Below are positions 38,518-48,900 of a stretch of 64,000 nucleotides of DNA, piece by piece; position 1 is the stretch's first letter, and the number at the start of each line of letters is the position of its first letter. This DNA is from an uncultured Bacteroidota bacterium (GTDB taxonomy: Bacteria > Bacteroidota > Bacteroidia > Bacteroidales > GCA-2748055): positions 12,349 through 76,348 of the forward strand of contig CAKZNC010000100.1 in NCBI GenBank assembly GCA_937129385.1, given 5' to 3'. Under the pieces are notes generated by a model. It was not told the DNA's origin, ran no database searches, and saw only the letters and a program-made list of their open reading frames with translations. The translations under genes and the position numbers were made by a program.

Positions 38518-39177
38518 GTGACATTGGAGAACTCAGAACTACTCTTTGCAGTATGGATGGTACCAGCTGCATATTTGCTTGGCTCAATCCCTGCCGCAGT
38601 CTGGACAGGGAAGATCTTTCACGGTATTGATGTACGCGAGCACGGGAGCGGTAATGCAGGCGCAACGAATGTGATGCGTGTGCTGGGGGTGCGGACAGGC
38701 GTTCCGGTCTTGTTGTTTGATATTTTCAAGGGCTGGGCAGCGGTTTCACTCATCACCCTGCAGAAATCAATTCCGCAGAATGGAGATGTGGCGATGATCA
38801 TGTCAATAATCCTTGGAATATGCGCAGTGACAGGTCATGTATTCCCCTTGTTCGCAGGGTTTAGGGGGGGGAAGGGGGTTGCAACGATTGCCGGTGTATG
38901 CATTGGACTCCATCCCCTGGCAACGATTTGCGCATTGGCCACATTCATCCTTGTACTGCTTATCTGGAAATTTGTTTCACTTGGTTCCATTGTTGCCGGT
39001 TTATCATTCCCGGTATGGGTGATCTTCGTCTTTGATTCGCCATTCAGATCCCTCTGGATATTCTCATTGCTTGCAGCGGTTCTCTTGTTGATCACACACA
39101 GGAAGAACATACGCAGACTGCTCAGGGGAGAGGAGGGCAAGGCGGGATTTCTTTTCAGGAACAGGAAGCCAGACTGA
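38518..39177 (+). CDS. plsY: Glycerol-3-phosphate acyltransferase PlsY
   Basis: Carries YLLGSIPAAVWTGKIFHGIDVREHGSGNAGATNVMRVLG and FRGGKGVAT. The ORF-track start at 38278 lies inside pckA and is spurious. Candidate starts are GTG 38518, TTG 38524 and ATG 38557. The upstream ones keep TM1 intact. Confidence 0.82.
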   Translation: MTLENSELLFAVWMVPAAYLLGSIPAAVWTGKIFHGIDVREHGSGNAGATNVMRVLGVRTGVPVLLFDIFKGWAAVSLITLQKSIPQNGDVAMIMSIILGICAVTGHVFPLFAGFRGGKGVATIAGVCIGLHPLATICALATFILVLLIWKFVSLGSIVAGLSFPVWVIFVFDSPFRSLWIFSLLAAVLLLITHRKNIRRLLRGEEGKAGFLFRNRKPD

Positions 39178-39182
39178 TTCAC

Positions 39183-39965
39183 TCAATCACCAAATTCCTC
39201 TTCCAGTTTCTGGGTCAGGATCTTGATCCCGATATTTTTCTGAAGGATTCCGTTTTCGGCGATGGAGATCTGTCCTGTTTCCTCGGATACAATGACCACA
39301 AGTGAATCGGTTACCTCCGATATACCTAATGCGGCGCGGTGGCGGAGTCCGTACTCGGGAGGCAGGTTGGGTTTATCTGTAACGGGAAGAATCACACGGG
39401 CCGCCACCAACTGGTCCCGGTCGATTACGATTGCTCCATCGTGCAACGGACCGGTCTTATTGAATATGCTTGTGATAAGTCTGCTAGAGGTATGACTGTA
39501 CAATACCTCTGCCGATTCGGTATACATTTTCAGGTTGGACTTCCTCCGGATGACGATCAGTGCACCGGTCTTTGTCTGGGCCATCTGCATCACAGCCTTC
39601 AGTACTGATTTGATCGGAATCCTGGGTTTCGACTCAAATCTCATGTTGAAAAAACGATCCAGGCTGATCATGTTCCCGTCGACATATCTCGATCCCATGT
39701 AGATCAGGAATCGCCGTATCTCCTGCTGGAATACGATGATCAGTGCGATTACCCCCACACCGATCACCTGCCCGATGATCGAGCTGAGCAGTTCCATCTG
39801 GAGTGCTCTTACTATCCACCAGAACAGGTAGATCACTGCGATGACAACGATAATGTTCAGCGCCACCGTACCCCTGACAAGCATGTACAGCTGGTACAGG
39901 AGTATCGCTACTAGTAGGATATCGATGATATCCAGCAACCGGATATGAATGAATAGTGGCGTCAT
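39183..39965 (-). CDS. cdaA: Diadenylate cyclase CdaA (c-di-AMP synthase)
   Basis: 260-aa ORF with three N-terminal TM helices and a DAC domain carrying the DGA (LHDGAIVI) and RHR (GLRHRAALG) motifs. Confidence 0.88.
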   Translation of the reverse strand: MTPLFIHIRLLDIIDILLVAILLYQLYMLVRGTVALNIIVVIAVIYLFWWIVRALQMELLSSIIGQVIGVGVIALIIVFQQEIRRFLIYMGSRYVDGNMISLDRFFNMRFESKPRIPIKSVLKAVMQMAQTKTGALIVIRRKSNLKMYTESAEVLYSHTSSRLITSIFNKTGPLHDGAIVIDRDQLVAARVILPVTDKPNLPPEYGLRHRAALGISEVTDSLVVIVSEETGQISIAENGILQKNIGIKILTQKLEEEFGD

Positions 39966-40010
39966 CTGTAATTCTCTCCAGACAAATGTACAAAAAGATG
40001 ATCAAAGGTT

Positions 40011-40889
40011 TCAGCTTGTTTTTGTCCGGGTCTCATTGAATATCGTTACAGCCTCTGCTGCTTCCTTTACATCGTGTACCCTGATGATGTCCACCCCTTT
40101 CTGCAACAAGATCATATGTACCGCTGTTGTGCCGTTAAGTGATTCATTCCTCGATGATCCGAGCAGACCCGAAATCATCGATTTCCTTGACACGCCTGCA
40201 ACAATGGGTAGCTGAAACATCTGTAAATCAGATACCTGTGACAGCAGTTCGTAGTTGTGCTCAAGGTTTTTTCCAAATCCAAATCCAGGATCGATCAAAA
40301 CATCACTCACACCTCGCTGGTGCAATTGATGTACCTTTTCTGAGAAATACCGTATGATCTCATCTGTGACGTTCTGGTATTCAGGGTTGAGTTGCATATT
40401 TCCCGGAATCCCTTTCATATGCATGATTATATAAGGGACCTTCAGCTTAGTGATCATTGGGAACATGGCCGGATCAAGATCGCCCGCAGAGATGTCGTTT
40501 ATGAGATCGGCACCGAAGTCAGTGACCATTTTCTCTGCCACCTGTGCATGTGTTGTGTCGATGGAGACAATCGCATCAGGGAACGCTTCCCTGAGTGCGT
40601 ACATAGCAGGCTCAAGTCGTTCCAGTTCCAGCTCCGGGCTTATCATTTCTGCCCCGGGTCTGGATGAAGCAGCACCAACATCTATGATATCTGCCCCATG
40701 GGAGAGCATTTCACCTGCTCTGTCAACAGCAGCAGTTGGTTCGGTATAATGTCCGCCATCATGGAACGAATCCGGCGTAACATTCAGTATACCCATCACA
40801 CGCGGTGAAGCGAGACTTAAGAGTCTGCCCCTGCAGTTCAGACTGCGATTCTTTGAAAAAAATGTATCTTTAGCTTTGTTTTCCAGCAT
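40011..40889 (-). CDS. folP: Dihydropteroate synthase
   Basis: 292-aa ORF with GILNVTPDSFHDGG, ADIIDVGAASSRPG and DPGFGFGK. Confidence 0.92.
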   Translation of the reverse strand: MLENKAKDTFFSKNRSLNCRGRLLSLASPRVMGILNVTPDSFHDGGHYTEPTAAVDRAGEMLSHGADIIDVGAASSRPGAEMISPELELERLEPAMYALREAFPDAIVSIDTTHAQVAEKMVTDFGADLINDISAGDLDPAMFPMITKLKVPYIIMHMKGIPGNMQLNPEYQNVTDEIIRYFSEKVHQLHQRGVSDVLIDPGFGFGKNLEHNYELLSQVSDLQMFQLPIVAGVSRKSMISGLLGSSRNESLNGTTAVHMILLQKGVDIIRVHDVKEAAEAVTIFNETRTKTS

Positions 40890-41010
40890 GGGAAATATTT
40901 TTGATACGGCGCTGTTTTATCTGACCCGGCCATGACAGGTGAGGATTCAATTCCGACCGGAATCCGGGACAAAATAAATAAAAATATTTATAAACAATTG
41001 AAAAGAGTTC

Positions 41011-41685
41011 ATGAGATTTCTTGTAATTGAAGGACTTGACGGTTCGGGGAAATCTACCCAGCTGGAACGGTTGAGGAAGTACCTGACTGCGCGATCGATA
41101 AAGTATAAATATCTCCATTTCCCCCGCCTCGAGGAGGGTGTATACGGAAAACTGATCGCCAGGTTCCTGCGTGGGGAGATGGGCAAAAATGACGAGGTTG
41201 ATCCCTACCTGGTGGCACTGATGTTCGCAGGGGACAGAAACGATGCCCGGCCAATGATGCAGAAGTGGATGGATCAGGGGTACCTCGTGATCGTCGACCG
41301 GTATGTCTATTCCAATATTGCCTTTCAATGTGCGAAGTTCAGGGACCAGGTTTTGCAGGATGAACTTGCCGAATGGATCCTGGAACTTGAATATAAGAAC
41401 CATGAATTGCCTGCTCCCGATATGAACATATTTCTTGATGTGCCGTTTGATTTTACCAGGAGCAGATTGTCTGAGGAAAGGAGCGGGGAAGACAGGAGTT
41501 ACCTGAAGGGACAAAAGGATATTCATGAAAATGATCTTGACTTCCAGGAGAAGGTGAGGAGTGTTTATCTTGGGATATGCAGTAAATTCGGTGATCTCAG
41601 GGTGATCAATTGCGCAGACGACCAGGGAAAAATGAAATCACCGGAAACAATTTTCGACGACCTGGTAACAACAGTCGGCCTCTGA
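41011..41685 (+). CDS. tmk: dTMP (thymidylate) kinase
   Basis: 224-aa ORF with the P-loop MRFLVIEGLDGSGKSTQ and the DR(Y/F) motif VIVDRYVYSNIAFQ. Confidence 0.85.
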   Translation: MRFLVIEGLDGSGKSTQLERLRKYLTARSIKYKYLHFPRLEEGVYGKLIARFLRGEMGKNDEVDPYLVALMFAGDRNDARPMMQKWMDQGYLVIVDRYVYSNIAFQCAKFRDQVLQDELAEWILELEYKNHELPAPDMNIFLDVPFDFTRSRLSEERSGEDRSYLKGQKDIHENDLDFQEKVRSVYLGICSKFGDLRVINCADDQGKMKSPETIFDDLVTTVGL

Positions 41686-41705
41686 TAGTAAAAGAATATA
41701 CAGCT

Positions 41706-43070
41706 ATGAAAGCAATAAAAACATTGAGTCGGTTTATCCTTGGAATTGTATTTTTATTTAGCGGTTTCGTGAAAGCCATTGACCCGTTGGGGTCGGCTTA
41801 CAAGTTCTCTGATTATTTCCAGGCATTCGGACTGGAATTCCTGGATGGACTGAGTCTCGGACTGGGGATCTTTCTCGCGGTTTTTGAACTGGTGCTCGGA
41901 TTGACCCTCATCCTGGGTTACCAGAAAAAGATCGTCTATGTGATCCTTTTGCTATTTATGGGATTTTTTACATTGCTGACCTTTGTCCTGGCCCTTACCA
42001 ATCCGGTTACAGATTGCGGGTGTTTTGGGGATGCGCTTGTACTGACCAATTGGGAGACCTTCTTTAAGAACGTGGTATTGATGGTGTTCGTACTGATATT
42101 ATTCACCTCCCGGAAACGAGCACGCAATGTCCATGGGAGTGGACTGGAACGTTCCCTGATCCTCCTGATTTTTACAGGTGGAGTTGTGCTGTCCCTCACA
42201 GCATTGAGGCATCTTCCTTTCATTGATTTCAGGCCCTACGATGTGGGCACCTTCATTCCCGGGGAAATGGTGATACCTGAAGGAGCACCAGTGGATGAAT
42301 ATGAGACCATATTGTACTACAGGAACCTGGAGACAGGTGAGAATGAGGCGTTTTCACTGGAAAATTACCCGAAGGACACATCAAAATATGCTTTTGAAAC
42401 AAGTGAATCGATCCTTGTGAATAAAGGGTATGAACCACCGATTCACGATTTTGGGATCCTTGATCCTGATGGTAATGATGTGACAGATGAAATCCTTAAT
42501 TTTGAAGGGTATTCTTTGCTTCTGATCAGCTACGATCTGCAAAAATCAGACGGAAAGGTGCTCTCCCGCGGGAACAGGTGGTCTGAACTTGAGGACCTTT
42601 CGTCAGACTTCAGGTTTATTCCGGTCACTGCATCGGCCGGACAGATTTTGGAGGAGATGGCTGCCACGAACGGGCTTACTTACGAATTTTATGCTGCTGA
42701 TGAAACCATGCTGAAAACTGTTGTCCGGTCCAATCCGGGGTTTGTACTTCTTAAAAATGGAAGCATCACGGGGAAATGGGCGGGGGACGATTTTCCGGAA
42801 ATGGAAAAATGGAACGGTTCCTGGCCTGAAGAGATTGATCGTTACAAAGAGGAACAGGATCCTGAGATCAGTCAGCTCATTGAGGAGGGGTATATGGAAC
42901 CCCTTGAGCTCAATTTGATCGATTTTGACCGGTCCGCAGCAGCAATGAGTCCCGGCTGGATAATGAACAGCAGGGAAAAGTTGACCTGGGCAGTCTACAT
43001 CCTGGGAGTCATATTGCTGCTGAGTATATTGCAGGCCATTCCGTGGAAACAGAGTCACCAACGTGTTTAG
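41706..43070 (+). CDS. DoxX/MauE-type membrane protein fused to a thioredoxin-fold-like domain (BT_3928-like)
   Basis: The ATG at 41706 gives MKAIKTLSRFILGIVFLFSGFVKAIDP. It has the MauE/DoxX-like CGCFG motif, a soluble C-terminal domain without CxxC, and a terminal TM helix. The ORF-track start at 41610 overlaps tmk. Confidence 0.68.
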   Translation: MKAIKTLSRFILGIVFLFSGFVKAIDPLGSAYKFSDYFQAFGLEFLDGLSLGLGIFLAVFELVLGLTLILGYQKKIVYVILLLFMGFFTLLTFVLALTNPVTDCGCFGDALVLTNWETFFKNVVLMVFVLILFTSRKRARNVHGSGLERSLILLIFTGGVVLSLTALRHLPFIDFRPYDVGTFIPGEMVIPEGAPVDEYETILYYRNLETGENEAFSLENYPKDTSKYAFETSESILVNKGYEPPIHDFGILDPDGNDVTDEILNFEGYSLLLISYDLQKSDGKVLSRGNRWSELEDLSSDFRFIPVTASAGQILEEMAATNGLTYEFYAADETMLKTVVRSNPGFVLLKNGSITGKWAGDDFPEMEKWNGSWPEEIDRYKEEQDPEISQLIEEGYMEPLELNLIDFDRSAAAMSPGWIMNSREKLTWAVYILGVILLLSILQAIPWKQSHQRV

Positions 43071-44142
43071 AAGGATCATATATAAATCTTTTTACGGACT
43101 CCTTGTGTTATGGGGTGTAGTCACCCTTGTATTCATGCTTTTTAATGTTCTTCCTGGGGATCCGGCACGCATGATGCTTGGTCAGAGGGCAGACCTTAAA
43201 ACCGTTGAACTGATCAGGGAGGAGCTGGGTCTGGACAGGAAACTTAGCTTACAATATGTCCGTTATTTGAATGACCTTTCGCCGGTCTCCATCCATAACC
43301 TGCAAAATGCCGACAGCTATTTTTACCTGGATCCGCAAAAATATCCCGGTGCTTCCACGCTGATCAAATCCGGATCTGGAGCTGTTGTATTGAAGCCACC
43401 ATACCTCGGACTCAGTTATCAAAACAGGAGAACGGTTACAAGTATGATCGCCGATGTAATCCCAACCACTTTTCTGCTTGCACTTACTTCGATCTTTTTT
43501 GCATTTGCAGCCGGACTATTGATCGGTATCCTGTGTGCCATCAGGAAAGACTCCTTTTTTGACCGTGCAGCATTGGTTATAAGTACAATTGGGGTGTCCC
43601 TGCCGTCGTTTTTCACTGCAATTCTATTTGGATGGTTGTTTGCATTCGTACTTGCCGATTTTACTCACCTGAACCTTACCGGTAACCTATTCGAGATAGA
43701 TGACCTGGGAAATGGAAGAACGCTGGTATTGAAAAATCTTCTCCTTCCGTCAATCACGCTTGGTATCCGGCCCTTATCCATTATTATACAGCTCACCAGG
43801 AATGCAATGCTCGATGTATTGGGGCAGGACTATATTCGGACGGCAAAGGCCAAGGGCATTGCATTTTCAAGGGTGATCATCCGGCATGGGATGCGAAACT
43901 CCATGAATCCTATTGTCACCGCGGTAAGCGGCTGGTTTGCATCATTGATGGCAGGTGTCGTTTTTGTTGAGTATATCTTTGGCTGGAAAGGATTGGGCTA
44001 TCTCATTGTCAATGCATTGAACCAGTATGATATGCCTGTGGTACTCGGTGCCGTGATCACCATTGCCTCGGTATTCGTGATCGTGAATATCCTTGTGGAT
44101 ATCTCATATTCCCTCCTCGATCCGAGAGTGAGACTGGTATGA
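43063..44142 (+). CDS. ABC transporter permease (DppB/OppB-like), no partner genes adjacent
   Basis: 359-aa ORF with the N-terminus LWGVVTLVFMLFNVLPGDPARMMLG and the EAA-loop region DYIRTAKAKGIAFSRVIIRHGMRNSMNPIVT. Confidence 0.8.
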   Translation: MFRRIIYKSFYGLLVLWGVVTLVFMLFNVLPGDPARMMLGQRADLKTVELIREELGLDRKLSLQYVRYLNDLSPVSIHNLQNADSYFYLDPQKYPGASTLIKSGSGAVVLKPPYLGLSYQNRRTVTSMIADVIPTTFLLALTSIFFAFAAGLLIGILCAIRKDSFFDRAALVISTIGVSLPSFFTAILFGWLFAFVLADFTHLNLTGNLFEIDDLGNGRTLVLKNLLLPSITLGIRPLSIIIQLTRNAMLDVLGQDYIRTAKAKGIAFSRVIIRHGMRNSMNPIVTAVSGWFASLMAGVVFVEYIFGWKGLGYLIVNALNQYDMPVVLGAVITIASVFVIVNILVDISYSLLDPRVRLV

Positions 44143-44220
44143 CAACAGAAACCTGGACAAATCCACCGAATTATGATTATCTTTATCACGCGAAAATTAA
44201 ATTGTAAAAGTTAATCTATC

Positions 44221-44970
44221 ATGAGAAGAAAAATTGTTGCGGGCAACTGGAAAATGAATACACAGCTCCACGAAGGGCTTGAACTTGCTAAGGCTGTTGA
44301 AGCTACTGCAAAAAACAAAAAGAGCGATGCAATTGTGATCATAGCACCTCCTTTTACACATCTGGCCAAGGTACGCGACGTGATCAGCGATGTTAGGCTC
44401 TCAGCACAGAACTGTTCCAGCGAGGAAAGTGGTGCTTATACCGGTGAGATATCCCCTGACATGTTAAAATCAGCCGGAGCTGAGTTTGTAATTATCGGGC
44501 ATTCTGAGAGAAGATCCTACTTCCACGAAGACAACGAATTGCTTAATAAGAAGACCAAGCTGGCACTCTCGAAGGGATTGTCACCGATCTTTTGCTGCGG
44601 GGAACTGCTTGAAGAAAGAGAGGCAGAAAGGCATTTCGATGTGATCAGGGAGCAGATAACAGTCGGATTGAAAGACCTGGCTGCAGCCGATATGGCAAAT
44701 ATCATTATTGCCTACGAACCGGTATGGGCCATTGGAACCGGTGTTACAGCCTCACCGGAACAGGCACAGGAGATGCATAAATTTATCAGGGACCTGCTGG
44801 CAGAATTATTTGATGGATCCGTATCGGATGATACAACCCTTCTTTATGGCGGAAGTTGTAAACCTTCAAATGCCCAGGAGTTATTTGCGAATCCTGATGT
44901 TGACGGTGGACTGATAGGGGGTGCCTCTCTAAAAGCGGGAGACTTTATTCAAATCGTTGATGCTTTTTAA
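44221..44970 (+). CDS. tpiA: Triose-phosphate isomerase
   Basis: 249-aa ORF with VAGNWKMN, IGHSERR, AYEPVWAIGTG and GGASLK. Confidence 0.95.
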   Translation: MRRKIVAGNWKMNTQLHEGLELAKAVEATAKNKKSDAIVIIAPPFTHLAKVRDVISDVRLSAQNCSSEESGAYTGEISPDMLKSAGAEFVIIGHSERRSYFHEDNELLNKKTKLALSKGLSPIFCCGELLEEREAERHFDVIREQITVGLKDLAAADMANIIIAYEPVWAIGTGVTASPEQAQEMHKFIRDLLAELFDGSVSDDTTLLYGGSCKPSNAQELFANPDVDGGLIGGASLKAGDFIQIVDAF

Positions 44971-44997
44971 GCGCGGTCTTCCTCAGGATCATGCAGC

Positions 44998-45834
44998 ATG
45001 ATCATTCTTGAATACAAGTTCAATTATCCTTCGTCCGTTTCCATCACAGAAATGCTCATTGCCTTGCTGGATGGAGAGGGGTTTACAGGTATACTTGAGG
45101 CCGAAGATACACTGCTTGCCTATCTTCCTGAAGCGGAGAGGAATGATGACAGGTTAAATGCTCTGCTGAATACTCTGTCAGAAGGATCGGAGACCATGGA
45201 ATTTGATTGTCATCCTGTCCCTGAAATGAACTGGAATGCAAAATGGGAAAGTGAGTTTCAACCCATAGAGATTGACCAGTCTGTTCAGGTGAGAGCATCC
45301 TTCCATGATCGGAAAACCACATTTGATTACGATATTGTTATCGATCCCAGGATGTCATTTGGGACGGGGCATCATCAGACCACAAGGATGATGATCAGAG
45401 CCATCCTCAATACAGACATGACGGATAAGGAGGTGCTGGACCTGGGCAGTGGAACGGGTGTTCTGGCGATTCTGGCATGTAAAAGATCTGCGAAACACGT
45501 TGTGGCTGCGGATATTGATGAATGGTCTTACAGGAACTGCCTGGATAATATACAGACGAATAATTGCGGGGGAATCGAAGTCGTTCTGGGAGGGATGGAA
45601 AAAGTAAGCCACCGTTTTTACGATGTGATCCTGGCCAATATCAACCGGAATGTACTCATGGAACTGATGCCGCTGTTCAGAAAGCAGTTGAACCCTGGAG
45701 GTTCATTGTTGCTGTCAGGGATCATGTGGCATGATCAGAAGGCATTGGAGGAAAGGGCGTTGGAGTATGGTTTTAAAAAGGAGGGATCATATCGCGAAGG
45801 GGAATGGCAAGCAATTTCATTCCGCTCCGATTGA
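44998..45834 (+). CDS. prmA: Ribosomal protein L11 methyltransferase
   Basis: 278-aa ORF with FGTGHHQTT, the SAM motif VLDLGSGTGVLAI, and ANI....L. Confidence 0.88.
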   Translation: MIILEYKFNYPSSVSITEMLIALLDGEGFTGILEAEDTLLAYLPEAERNDDRLNALLNTLSEGSETMEFDCHPVPEMNWNAKWESEFQPIEIDQSVQVRASFHDRKTTFDYDIVIDPRMSFGTGHHQTTRMMIRAILNTDMTDKEVLDLGSGTGVLAILACKRSAKHVVAADIDEWSYRNCLDNIQTNNCGGIEVVLGGMEKVSHRFYDVILANINRNVLMELMPLFRKQLNPGGSLLLSGIMWHDQKALEERALEYGFKKEGSYREGEWQAISFRSD

Positions 45835-45837
45835 GTT

Positions 45838-45872
45838 GTCAGGAGCGCATCCCTGTCCTGATTTTCCGTTTT
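45838..45872 (+). terminator. Candidate terminator after prmA
   Basis: The TCAGGA...TCCTGA stem (11-nt loop) is followed by TTTTCCGTTTTTT. Confidence 0.4.
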
Positions 45873-45939
45873 TTCAAAGGAAATTTGTACTTTGGTTTAA
45901 GATTCCCCAAACAGGAACAGAATTTGAAAGCATTATCCC

Positions 45940-48900
45940 ATGAAAAAGCTCTTTTCCATTGCCATTTTCACCCTGACATTTACCATTTCATATAGCCAGT
46001 ATGTCCGTGAATTTTCCCAGGATACTTCAAATTACATCCAGGAATTGACAACCCTATTCGGCACATCACTGATGGATGACGAAGATCCGGTTTTTAATGG
46101 ATTTATATCTACCTGGGACTCACTGGATCATCAAAACCGGGTGGAAATAATGGAGATCTCCGAGCTGATGAGGCAGCGCAGTTGCCGGCCACGCCCCCAC
46201 TATATTATGTTCCTCAGGATCCTGGAAGAGTTTCATCGTGAGGGGAAACTGGATCTGGGTTATGACAATTGGATCGAGGGCTACAGGAGTTTCATGGAAA
46301 ACGAGAATACATTGCTTAAGGAGATCGCTAATGTGAACAATACCGTCTTCCTGATGCTGGATCAATCCATGTTCTACAATTCATCTTCACTCTCATGGAA
46401 GATGCTGGAACAGTCTTTCGACTTCGTATATGATGATCGTGTGAAGATCTTCACATCGGGGAACACACTTGTCGGTATTTCCTCGGGTGACAGCATCATG
46501 GTGCATGATGTATCAGGATATGTAGACCCTGTGAGTCAGGTATTTGTAGGAACATCCGGGCGGGTATTCTGGGATCGTGCCGGCCTGAGCCGCGATACTG
46601 TTTTTGCGAAACTTCAGAACTACCGGCTCCTGTTCAGCAGGCCGGAATATAAGGCAGACTCTGCAATATTTGAGCATCGGTTATTGATTGATGATCCCAT
46701 AATTGGCATCCTGGAGGACAGGATCACCAGGATTAAAAATCCTGAAGCGGCAAAATATCCCCAGTTCAAAAGTTACAAGAGCAGTTATGTGCTGAATGAA
46801 GTCGTTGAGGGAATTGATTACCGGGGTGCAATCTCCATGCAGGGTGCAAATCTTGCAGGCACTGGAATCCGGGGTAACAATGCACTTTTAGAGATATCCA
46901 ATAATGACACGGTAAGGGTTTCAATGCGCTCAGAAGTTTTTCTATTTGGAAAGAACAGTATCATGTCTCCAAGTGCAGAAGTTGCAGTATATATTGAAAA
47001 TGATTCGATCTATCATCCCGACCTGTTAATGAATTATACTATTGCGAGGGAATTGCTGCGATTGACCCGATCTGACGATTACAATTCACAGGGACCCTAC
47101 TCCAATTCTTATCACCAGGTTGACATGAGCTTTGATGAATTGAACTGGGTGAGAACTGAACCGGTCATAAGGATGCAAGCCGCACTTGGGACTTCCCTTG
47201 GAAATGGATTTTTTGAATCCAATGATTTTTTCGATATGAAAGTCTATGAAAGTTTGCAGGGTATGGATTATCAAAACCCGCTTGCCGACTTGTGGACCTT
47301 TGGCGATATGCTCGGAGGAAGTACTTTTGCGGTTGAATCCTTTGCCTCCTATATGGGGAAGGCAGCTTATATGATCAGGCACCAGTTGATGCAGTTCACA
47401 AAGCTGGGGTTTGTCTATTTTGATTTTGAAAGAGATATGGTGACTCTCAGACCAAAACTTTATGATTTCATTGAAGCAAGCCTTAAAAGGAGAGACTATG
47501 ATGTGATCCGCTTCATCTCGCGTACAAGTGGAGGTAATGAAAATGCCTTGCTTGACCTGACGACAAAAGATCTGACGATAAACGGGATCCCAAATATTTT
47601 CCTGAGCGACTCACAAAACGTAAGGCTGGTGCCCAGGAGAAACCAGATCATTATGAAAAGAAACAGGAATTTCCAGTTCGATGGCGTTATCGATGCAGGT
47701 CTTTTTAAATTCTATGGTCAGAATTTCTTTTTTGAATACGACAGCTTTAAGATCAACCTGCAGAACATTGATTCGTTGTCTATCAGTGCAAAAATAGATA
47801 AACGTGATGCAACCGGACGTTTTCTGACAACCGAGCTGGACAACAAGATCGAGAATATTACCGGGGAACTGCTGATAGATGCACCGGTGAATAAGTCTGG
47901 ACTGGAATCCTATCCCGAGTACCCGATCTTTACAAGCCGGGAAGGATCTTCTGTTTACTTTGATGAAAAAAGTATCCAGGATGGTGTCTACGACAGGAAA
48001 AGATTCTACTTTGAACTTTCCCCGTTTACCATCGACAGTCTGGATAATTTTACAAGGGAGGCACTGAAGATGGATGGGACATTTGTCTCGGCTGGAATTC
48101 TTCCTCCAATGGAAATGGAGATGTCGCTCAGGCCAGACAATTCACTTGGCTTCTATATGCGCACTCCTGAAGAGGGCATTGATGTATTTGGCGGCAAGGC
48201 GATTTTCTACAACGACATAGAGATGAGTAGCGCTGGTTTGCATGGCTATGGGTCCCTCGATTACCTGACTTCCACAACATGGTCGGATGATTTCCTTTTC
48301 CATCCGGATTCTATCATGACGATCTCCAGGAGGTTTCTTGAGCGTGAGCAATCGGATAGGCAATCCTATCCGTATGTTGAAAATACCACAACAGGAATTA
48401 CCTATCATCCCCACGAGGATGTCATGCGCATCAGGCGGTTGGAGGATGTGTTTAAAATATATACCGACAGTACCTTCTTCGGAGGAAACCTGGCATTACG
48501 TCCGGCGGGATTATCCGGAGACGGAACGCTTGTCTTTCCGGATGCAAGGTTTGAATCTGAAGTCTTCAGTTTTAATGACCAGGACTTTAATGCCGATTCG
48601 GCCGGCGTGCAATTCAGGAAGGCTCAGGACGAAGATTATACCTTCATTACCGATGACCTTGAAATTGATGTAGACCTGGTAAAGCGGGAGGGCGATTTTA
48701 CTGCCAGGGCAGACAATACCCTGGTGAGCATGCCTGAGAATATGTACCAGACCAGGATTGACCAGGTAAAATGGTTGATGGATCGAGATGAGGTAAGGAT
48801 GTCCCAGGTCAAAATGTTGCCCGAAAATGATCTGCATTCCGGGATTGATTCCCTGGATATCAATGCGCCCTCGTACATATCGACAAACCCGCAGCAGGAT

